Source: an uncultured Gammaproteobacteria bacterium (GTDB lineage: Bacteria; Patescibacteriota; Patescibacteriia; Patescibacteriales; UBA12465). From it: a stretch of DNA of 64,000 nucleotides. Every line of letters starts with the position of its first letter. The first letter of the stretch is position 1. The position numbers and the translations under genes are program-made. The notes under the pieces are model-generated. The model was not told where the DNA came from. It made no database searches and was given only the letters and a program-made list of their open reading frames with translations. Shown here in pieces: positions 56,814 to 64,000 of the stretch. The stretch spans positions 4,026 to 68,025 of the forward strand of contig CAYSZD010000001.1 in the NCBI GenBank assembly GCA_964435515.1. The letters run 5' to 3'.

Positions 56814-57278
56814 ATGACTAACGTTATAAAAACTAAGAAGAATAAGAAAAAACAGAAAGAGGTGGTGGTAGTTGTCTCTGGTTATTTTAACCCTTTACAT
56901 ACTGGTCATTTGGTTATGATATCTAAAGCTAAGAAAATGGGAGATAAATTGGTAGCAATTATTAATAATGATTATCAAGTTAAATTAAAGGGTAGCGTGC
57001 CTTTTATGAGTCTAGCTGATAGAGTCAAAATTATTAAAGCTCTAAGAGATGTGGACGAGGTATTTATATCGATTGATAAAGATGCCACTGTTTGTAAATC
57101 TTTAACTCGTATTAAACCAGATATTTTTGCTAATGGTGGCGATAGGAAAAGTATTGGCGATGTGCCAGAATATAGTGTTTGCCAGAAATATGGTATTAAA
57201 ATGGTGGATGGATTAGGAAAAAAAACTCGAGCCAGCTCTGTTTTAATTGCTAGGGCAGCAGCTAAAAAAAATAAATAA
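56814..57278 (+). CDS. Cytidylyltransferase-fold nucleotidyltransferase (HldC/RfaE-domain-II-like)
   Basis: HxGH motif in GYFNPLHTGHL, followed by ANGGD; 154 aa. Confidence 0.75.
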   Translation: MTNVIKTKKNKKKQKEVVVVVSGYFNPLHTGHLVMISKAKKMGDKLVAIINNDYQVKLKGSVPFMSLADRVKIIKALRDVDEVFISIDKDATVCKSLTRIKPDIFANGGDRKSIGDVPEYSVCQKYGIKMVDGLGKKTRASSVLIARAAAKKNK

Positions 57279-57287
57279 TTTTACTTT

Positions 57288-58202
57288 ATGCGTTTTTTGA
57301 TTAGATATATTTTAATTTTTGCAGCTATCGTTTTAGCGGCAGTAATTTTGATGCTTGTCTTTTTTGCTAGTAAAATATTAAGTCATAGTGATTTAATGGA
57401 TAGATTGTTAAATCGGCCAAAAGTTGAGAATGTTCAAGTTTTACGTCCAGAAAAAAATGTTGTTTTACTTGAAGGCTGGACTAATAAGGATATGGCTCAA
57501 TATTTTGAAAGAGAGGGCATTTGGCAAGCTGAAGAGTTTTTAGAAATAGTTGGATTTCCTCAAGTTGATTATAGTCGAGAGAAAGATTTACCCCCGCCAA
57601 TGGATTTTTCTGATGAGTTTGAATTTTTACAAGACAAGCCAAAAGATAAAGGCTTAGAAGGTTATTTATATCCAGATACTTATCGTGTTTTTGCTGATGG
57701 CGCCAAGCCAGAAGAGTTAATTAGAAAAATGTTGCAGAATTTTGATCAGCAATTAACTGCTAAGATGAGAGCTGATATAAAGGCACAAGGAAAAACAATC
57801 TATGAAATTATTACCATGGCTTCTTTAATAGAAAAAGAAGCGCCAATTAATTATAGAACGGGTGATAATAAGGATGCTAAAATAATTGCTGGTATTTTTT
57901 GGGATCGAATTAAATATGGTCAAGCTTTACAGTCTTGTGCTAGCTTAGCTTATATTTTAGGAGTTAATAAGCCTCAGTATTCTAGCGAAGATACACAAAT
58001 AGAGTCTTTATATAATACATATAAATACCGCAACCTTCCCCCTGGTCCAGTTAGTAATCCTGGTATTTTAGCTATAGAAGCAGCTATTTATCCAACTTAT
58101 ACAGATTACAATTACTTTCTTACCCCAGCAAATAGTAAAAATATTGTTTATGCTGTGACTTATGAAGAACATTTGAGAAATAAAAATAAATATTTACCTT
58201 AA
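57288..58202 (+). CDS. mltG: Endolytic murein transglycosylase MltG (YceG-like)
   Basis: N-terminal TM helix, EGYLYPDTY, and NTYKYRNLPPGPVSNPG. Confidence 0.88.
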   Translation: MRFLIRYILIFAAIVLAAVILMLVFFASKILSHSDLMDRLLNRPKVENVQVLRPEKNVVLLEGWTNKDMAQYFEREGIWQAEEFLEIVGFPQVDYSREKDLPPPMDFSDEFEFLQDKPKDKGLEGYLYPDTYRVFADGAKPEELIRKMLQNFDQQLTAKMRADIKAQGKTIYEIITMASLIEKEAPINYRTGDNKDAKIIAGIFWDRIKYGQALQSCASLAYILGVNKPQYSSEDTQIESLYNTYKYRNLPPGPVSNPGILAIEAAIYPTYTDYNYFLTPANSKNIVYAVTYEEHLRNKNKYLP

Positions 58203-58207
58203 ATATT

Positions 58208-60577
58208 ATGTTTGAAAATCAGGATGCTTCTAAATCTGACGGCGCTAATAATTTTGTTAGTCCCAATCAGGGTGGTCCAGATGATTCTTATGCCAGCGCT
58301 AAGAAGAAAAAAATTATATTAATTATTGCTATTAGTTTAGGAGTAATTATTTTAGCGACTGTGCTTTGGTGGGCTTCTAGTGTTTTATTATCTAAATCAA
58401 AAAATCAGCCAGAGCCAAGCAATGAAAATAATACAGAGACTGAACAATCTGGTCTTGATGTATATTTGAATCCTAATGATAGCGTGATTGGCGATGAAGA
58501 TGATAATGATTATTTAAGTGGAGTGGAATATCTTTCGTTTGCAGATTTTTATAAACTTGATAATGACACAGAACGAAATATTAATTTTAAAAATTATAAT
58601 CTACCTCTCAATATAAAATTAGACGTAGCTAATTATTATGAAGTATCTCGTAAAATAACTTTAGATGCTCAACTAGATAATCTGAATGCAAATGGTTTTG
58701 CTATTTTAGATAATCCTTGGGAAAAAACTGCAGATAATTTCTATAGTTTAGCTGAAACTTTAGATAGTCGGCAGATACCTTTATTTATTAGTGCTGATTT
58801 TATCTCATACTATTATCAAAGTATTCTAAAGGCTTCTTTTAAGGAGATAGAAGAAGCAGTGTTCTATGAAAGTCTATGGAATATTAGTAAGAATTTATAT
58901 GAAAATTCTCGTAGACAATATGAGACTCATTTAGCAGAAATTGGTAATGTGAATGATAGAGTTTTAGAAGCAGAGCGTTTAGCTACTGCTTATTTTGCTG
59001 TTTCTTTGGAGTTATTAAAGCCACATGCGGATCAAATTGAAGAAAATCATCGTTTTAGTTCGGGGTTATTTAATGAGCAAGATCAGAAACAATTTGCTTT
59101 TCAGGTTCCAGCATATTTAAATGTCGATGTGTTAAGTGAATTAGCTTTAATTAGTGAAGCAAAAGCGAAGCAGAAATCTCCAGTATTGTTATATGATCGG
59201 GATTATAAGAGTTTTATTGTGCCAAGTGAATATAGTGATAATGCTCGTTTAAATAATTTTTATTTAGCAGCCGCTTGGTTAAATTCAACTTTTCCTTTAA
59301 ATTATCGAGATGATAGTTGTTCTGATTGTTTATTAGATAAAGATGATTGGCGTATTAATTTTATTGCTGCTTCTTTAATTGCTCATGATTTTTCTACTTC
59401 TCAAGATCTCAAGAATGAATGGGCAAGAGTTTATAAAAGCCTATCTTTTTTTAAAGGCTTAAGAGACGCTTGGAATTATATTGATTATCGTGATGGATTC
59501 GAAGCTTTATTCACCAAAGAGGGGGATATTAAAAGTTTGTTTGCAGAAAATAATTTACAAGCTGAGGACAATCTAGAGGCTTTAAGGTTAAAATTATTAG
59601 AACGTCAGTCTTTGCCTATTCAAGGAGCATATAATCCAAATTCAGTTGATGGTCGCCGTTTTGCTGGTCTACAATTTTTAGCTGATTTTTATTGGCCTAA
59701 TGATTTTATTTTATCTAAATTACGTTACCCTATAGTTGGTGGTTATGAAGGTGATGCTCTTGCTAAAAACAATATAACTGCTTGCAGTATACAAGGAAGC
59801 ATTCAGCGTTGCCAGGGTTCGTCTCAGGATATATTAAAATTAATCTATCCTGCTTGGGATAGTGAATATTTTAGAGAAAATAGTAAGTATCTTAATTATA
59901 CTAGCTCTATAGCCCAACTTCAGACGCTTGCTGACGAAGCAATTAAGAGTAATATAAATAATTATTGGTCATCTTTATATTTATGGAAAAATTATTTATT
60001 AAATACAGAAAATAATTTACCAGAATATTTAAATAATAGTAATTGGAGTAATAGAATGGCTGACAGCGCTTTAGCTTCTTGGGTTGATATGCAGCTACCA
60101 ATGGACAAGCTATCCTTACGTAGTCAGGTCTCATCAGTAGGGAATCTGTCGTCAGGTGAGATAACAGCCGATTATGCTTGGGTTGAGCCAAGTTTAGAAT
60201 TTTTTGATCGCATTATTGCTCATAGTCAAATGGTTATTGGTATGTTTGAAGCTTTAGATATTAGCTCTAGATCCAATTTAGCTATCAATTATATCAATGA
60301 AGCTGAAAGTGAATTAGTAGCGTTAAGAAATATAGCTATTAAACAAGCCGCGGGTGAAGATTTAAATGAAAGCGATACTCAAGTAATTAGAGATTTTGCT
60401 AAAATGTATAATTTAGAAAAAATGGAAACGAAGAGTTTGATTTGGCGCAATAGCGCTTTAAATAAAAAGGTCACACAAAATATGGGTGCTCCTAAAATTT
60501 TAATCATTGCTCATCCAGTGGGAGATAAAATTGTATTTGCGGCTGGTCCAATATTTAATCATCAGGAATCTAAATAA
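58208..60577 (+). CDS. Large membrane-anchored extracytoplasmic protein of unknown function (possibly DUF3160-like; not verified)
   Basis: Single TM helix (IILIIAISLGVIILATVLWWA) followed by about 720 aa outside the membrane. The start is 6 nt after the mltG stop. Confidence 0.7.
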   Translation: MFENQDASKSDGANNFVSPNQGGPDDSYASAKKKKIILIIAISLGVIILATVLWWASSVLLSKSKNQPEPSNENNTETEQSGLDVYLNPNDSVIGDEDDNDYLSGVEYLSFADFYKLDNDTERNINFKNYNLPLNIKLDVANYYEVSRKITLDAQLDNLNANGFAILDNPWEKTADNFYSLAETLDSRQIPLFISADFISYYYQSILKASFKEIEEAVFYESLWNISKNLYENSRRQYETHLAEIGNVNDRVLEAERLATAYFAVSLELLKPHADQIEENHRFSSGLFNEQDQKQFAFQVPAYLNVDVLSELALISEAKAKQKSPVLLYDRDYKSFIVPSEYSDNARLNNFYLAAAWLNSTFPLNYRDDSCSDCLLDKDDWRINFIAASLIAHDFSTSQDLKNEWARVYKSLSFFKGLRDAWNYIDYRDGFEALFTKEGDIKSLFAENNLQAEDNLEALRLKLLERQSLPIQGAYNPNSVDGRRFAGLQFLADFYWPNDFILSKLRYPIVGGYEGDALAKNNITACSIQGSIQRCQGSSQDILKLIYPAWDSEYFRENSKYLNYTSSIAQLQTLADEAIKSNINNYWSSLYLWKNYLLNTENNLPEYLNNSNWSNRMADSALASWVDMQLPMDKLSLRSQVSSVGNLSSGEITADYAWVEPSLEFFDRIIAHSQMVIGMFEALDISSRSNLAINYINEAESELVALRNIAIKQAAGEDLNESDTQVIRDFAKMYNLEKMETKSLIWRNSALNKKVTQNMGAPKILIIAHPVGDKIVFAAGPIFNHQESK

Positions 60578-60637
60578 GTTATAAGAAGTATTAAAAAAGC
60601 TATTTATATAAATAGCTTTTTTTGTATATTATAAGTA

Positions 60638-62587
60638 TTATCTAGAGTACTCAAATAAATAATTATTACCGTTATCAATTTTGATCCATCTATCTGCGCT
60701 TATTTTTGCTTCAGCAATAATTTTATCACTAGCCCACCAATAGTGATTTATAATAAGATATGATTTATTAACTTGGGCATAATCCATGGCTTTAAGCATT
60801 GTGGCCCTATTAGCTTGTTGATAGGACATACTTAAGAAATATTGATATAATTGCCCCCCTGTGGGAATAGGATAGAAATAGAATTTATTATTTTTTGTGC
60901 TTAAATATCTATTTTGAAAACCAAATTGTTTTAAGGCGGCCGCGCTAACTTGTTGATTGGCTAGTACAATATAATTTTCATTGTTTGCTAGTGATTCTGC
61001 TAAAATTACTGCTTCAAAATCACCTTTGCCAGTAGAGTAGCCACGACTATTGTAATATTTATCAAAGCGAGGATATGATCCGTATAAGGAGATAGTTAAA
61101 AGCATGGCTATTCCTAGAGCTATAATAATTTTTTGTTTTCTGTTTTTTAACAATGATTTTTTATATAAAAAATAGAATAATTCCCAAAAAAGAGGTAGGG
61201 CAATAATCATGGCTATGATTAATAGACGTTTAGTATAACCATCTTGTTCATAGGCTATTAGAGCTGGGAAATTAAAGTTAGAGCTAAGCAGATAAACTAG
61301 GAGTGTAGTCAGGGTTATTATGCTAATGAGTTTTGCTTTGTCTTTTTCCAAAGTATTTCTATCTTGCCAAATTTTATCTTTTAAAAATATTAATACGGTA
61401 GCTAGGGCTATTATTAACCAGGCTTGGTTGCTGATTAAAGCATAACTAATACTTAGTAAGTAGGGGCCCATGTTTTTAAAGACAGGCAGTGCGAGATTTA
61501 GTTGAAAATTATTGAAACTGGGATAATTAAATCCAGCTATAGACCAGATAGCCAAGTTTAGGCAGATAACTAAAGTGCTGATATAAAAGGCTGGTGTTAA
61601 AAATAATTTAATTAATTTATTTTTTTCTTTTTTATTTTGTAAATAATGGAGAATGGTAATTGCAATTGCTGGTATACCAGCTAAAGGGTGGATACAAAAA
61701 GTCGCTAAGGCTGATATAATGCTCAGTCTAGTTTGTTTGTTTTTATAAATAAAGATTATAGTTGCTAATAGGAATAAATAGCTAAGATTTTGGGGTGTAG
61801 TTATAATAAAGGGAGAAAAACCTAAGATTAGTAGAGTAAGAGAACTTATCCAGGCGCCATTATTATTTTTTCTGTTCTTATGTAGTTGAAATAATAGAAA
61901 TGGAAGTGATAGTGCTGCTCCGATGGGTAGAAGCCAGACATTAATGATATTTAAGTTGATACTAGTAATTCTCTGTAAGGCTACGATGATGCTGTATTGA
62001 CCTAAATAATATGGAGTCTTGGGTAGGATTACTCCATTCTTTATAATTTCCTCTAAAGCTGCATAGTGAATATGAGGATCAAAGCCATAACCTAACTGGT
62101 AAATAATGGCAGCAATTGAAAATATTAGAAATAAATAAGCACTAAAAAGTATGTGTTTTAAATGATTATTATTTTTTTGGCTGAAACTTAATATGATTAA
62201 TAGATTGCTAATAATAATTAAGAAGAAAAAAATGTTTGGTATTTGTGTCCAAGGTGATATTAGGGCGGCAGTACTAGAATGAGAATACAGTATAATAACG
62301 GCAGTTATATTGATAGCCGGGTTAATAGCAAAAACAAAATAACTAAAAAAAAGTTTTTGATTTTTTCTCTTGGTGGTTATTTTTGCATAGTTGTTATTTT
62401 TCCGTTTTAGTTTAAGAGTCCAAGTGAGAACAAGGCTGGCTAAAATTGTTAGTGCCGTTCCTAAAGTGTTTAAAGAATAGATACTATAAATAATTGCTCC
62501 ACATATTGCTAAACTGGAGAAAAATATCCAAATATTTTCAAAATTTAAATAATATTGCCATTTTTTCATATGTTTATATTTTAGCAT
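60638..62587 (-). CDS. Large polytopic membrane protein with C-terminal soluble domain (GT-C-like?)
   Basis: 649 aa; more than 12 hydrophobic helices followed by a soluble tail of about 130 aa. Divergent from another GT-C-like gene. Confidence 0.7.
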   Translation of the reverse strand: MLKYKHMKKWQYYLNFENIWIFFSSLAICGAIIYSIYSLNTLGTALTILASLVLTWTLKLKRKNNNYAKITTKRKNQKLFFSYFVFAINPAINITAVIILYSHSSTAALISPWTQIPNIFFFLIIISNLLIILSFSQKNNNHLKHILFSAYLFLIFSIAAIIYQLGYGFDPHIHYAALEEIIKNGVILPKTPYYLGQYSIIVALQRITSINLNIINVWLLPIGAALSLPFLLFQLHKNRKNNNGAWISSLTLLILGFSPFIITTPQNLSYLFLLATIIFIYKNKQTRLSIISALATFCIHPLAGIPAIAITILHYLQNKKEKNKLIKLFLTPAFYISTLVICLNLAIWSIAGFNYPSFNNFQLNLALPVFKNMGPYLLSISYALISNQAWLIIALATVLIFLKDKIWQDRNTLEKDKAKLISIITLTTLLVYLLSSNFNFPALIAYEQDGYTKRLLIIAMIIALPLFWELFYFLYKKSLLKNRKQKIIIALGIAMLLTISLYGSYPRFDKYYNSRGYSTGKGDFEAVILAESLANNENYIVLANQQVSAAALKQFGFQNRYLSTKNNKFYFYPIPTGGQLYQYFLSMSYQQANRATMLKAMDYAQVNKSYLIINHYWWASDKIIAEAKISADRWIKIDNGNNYLFEYSR

Positions 62588-62651
62588 TTTCTTGCTTATT
62601 CGGAAAATTTTGGCTACTATTTAATAGTAAGTTAAAGTAGGCTTATTTTAT

Positions 62652-64000
62652 ATGAAATTTAGCTGGTTTAAGCGAAATTTAGAGAATATTTTAGTTTTCC
62701 TCCTAGCTTTAGGCTTTTTTGCTTTAACGTCTTTTGTTATTCAACAGGTACAAGAGCCAGATTATATCAAATTTCTCTCTCCAGATGAGACCGCTAATTA
62801 CTTTTTTGCTAAAAATTATGCTGAAAATTCAAGCATAGCCGTGTTTGAGGAGGCTAATTTATTTGGGGAGGAGATAGTTAGGCCGCGTAGTATTCGTAGC
62901 GATCATGGCTGGTTAAAACCGGTTAGTTTTTTAGGAATCATATTACTCTATGGTAAGATTGCGGCTGTTTTTGGTTCTCAGGTAATTCCATATCTTACTC
63001 CATTTTTTGCCTCTTTGGGCTTAATCTTTTTTTACGCTTTTGTTCGTAAATTATTTTCTAAACAGGTAGCCATAGTGTCTGCTTTGATGCTAGCTTCTTT
63101 TCCAGTATATTTTTTTTATACGGTTAGAAGTATGTTCCACAATGTTTTATTTACCGTCTTTCTTTTAGGTGGGGCTTATTTTTTATTACTCTCTTTTGCT
63201 AAAGAAAAAAAAGAGAAAAAGAAATTTTTTCATTTTAGATTGACTTATAAACAAATTTTTACTTATCTTTTCTCTTTATTAACTGGTATTTTTTTCGGTT
63301 TAGCCATAGGGGCCAGAAGTTCAGAATTATTATGGCTGGCACCTACTTTATTTATTGCTTGGCTTTTTTATGTTAGACGTTTAGGCTTGACTCGTTTAGT
63401 ATTAATGATGGCTGGTTTAGTTTTGGCTCTACTACCAATATTTTATTGGAATCAAATTTTATATTCTTCTCCTTTCTATGGTGGTTACAGCGAAATGAAT
63501 AGCTCTATCCAACAATTATCTCAGGCTGGCTCTAGTGTTATTCATTCTAATATATTAGAAGCGGGTTTATCTAAATATGGAGAAGTATTTCAAGTAGTTA
63601 GGGATAATATTTTTTATTTTGGTTATCATCCTTACCAGTCTTTAAAAATGTTCTACTATTATGTAGTAGTAATGTTTCCTTATTTGTGTGCGGCTACTTT
63701 TTTTGGTTTATTGATTCTTTTATATCATTTTATTATAAAGCCCAAGAAAGCTATCTTGGTATATTTATTGAGTTGGTTAACCTTATCTTTTATTCTAGTT
63801 ATGTATTATGGCAGCTGGAAGTTTAATGACAATCCCGACCCTAGTCGTTTTACTATTGGTAATTCTTATACCCGTTATTGGTTGCCTATGTATATTATGG
63901 CTATTCCTTTAGCTTCTTTGTTAATAGTTAGAATAGGAAGATTATTTGTTCGTTTAGTTAGTATGAAAATAGCAACAAATACCGGTAAACGTTTACGTGC
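62652..64000 (+). CDS. GT-C/family-39-like membrane glycosyltransferase, 3' end outside window (absent from the ORF track)
   Basis: My translation from ATG 62652 (MKFSWFKRNLENILVFLLALGFF...) has no stop up to the window edge. Polytopic, with an acidic first-loop motif SPDETANYFFAK as in ArnT/PMT-type enzymes. Confidence 0.65.
   Translation, partial: MKFSWFKRNLENILVFLLALGFFALTSFVIQQVQEPDYIKFLSPDETANYFFAKNYAENSSIAVFEEANLFGEEIVRPRSIRSDHGWLKPVSFLGIILLYGKIAAVFGSQVIPYLTPFFASLGLIFFYAFVRKLFSKQVAIVSALMLASFPVYFFYTVRSMFHNVLFTVFLLGGAYFLLLSFAKEKKEKKKFFHFRLTYKQIFTYLFSLLTGIFFGLAIGARSSELLWLAPTLFIAWLFYVRRLGLTRLVLMMAGLVLALLPIFYWNQILYSSPFYGGYSEMNSSIQQLSQAGSSVIHSNILEAGLSKYGEVFQVVRDNIFYFGYHPYQSLKMFYYYVVVMFPYLCAATFFGLLILLYHFIIKPKKAILVYLLSWLTLSFILVMYYGSWKFNDNPDPSRFTIGNSYTRYWLPMYIMAIPLASLLIVRIGRLFVRLVSMKIATNTGKRLR

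Overview
AT-rich, densely coded bacterial chromosome segment, mostly housekeeping. In order it carries: TSP3-repeat surface proteins, clpP, secDF, an O-antigen-ligase/TPR membrane protein, a prepilin peptidase and ftsA-ftsZ. Then come an NrdR-controlled class III ribonucleotide reductase operon (nrdR-nrdD-nrdG), a soluble VirD4/TraD-like ATPase with a DEDDh exonuclease, a processive GT2, tRNA-Thr and tRNA-Gly, a DPBB/DD-carboxypeptidase fusion with ftsEX, and tRNA-Gln. After those: a two-component system, a class B PBP, the CIRCE/HrcA heat-shock operon (hrcA-grpE-hsp20-dnaK-dnaJ), tatD, a complete F1Fo ATP synthase operon, an SPFH gene, uppP, CIRCE-groESL, mltG and several very large GT-C-like membrane proteins. 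The gene repertoire suggests a Candidate Phyla Radiation/Patescibacteria-like organism using the standard code (inference; TGA is used as a stop). I recognised no rRNA, CRISPR array, transposase or integrase. The main accessory signal lies at about 23.2-30.0 kb. An intact tRNA-Gln is followed by four tandem non-coding units. Each unit has a degenerate tRNA-Gln 3' half, a hairpin with a T-run, and a conserved 128-nt core that holds a second truncated tRNA-Gln half. These units separate one- or two-gene cassettes: a CaCA exchanger, Nudix+ASCH, DHH/DHHA2+Nudix, and a 798-aa ORFan. The cassettes have foreign-looking codon usage and no recombinase gene. This looks like an integrase-less, integron-like accretion array at a tRNA. 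The second notable signal is that nrdD is interrupted. Its glycyl-radical domain is encoded by a separate, untracked 55-codon ORF in the same frame, 54 nt downstream, across two in-frame stops. Smaller points: a perfect 11-bp tandem direct repeat in the divergent promoter region between the response regulator and the PBP gene; a CxxC-x17-CxxC zinc ribbon shared by two unrelated proteins; a DUF1653-GrpE fusion; and a Cys-cluster micro-protein with its own promoter and terminator. All calls come from reading the sequence and ORF translations. No database search or computation was run.
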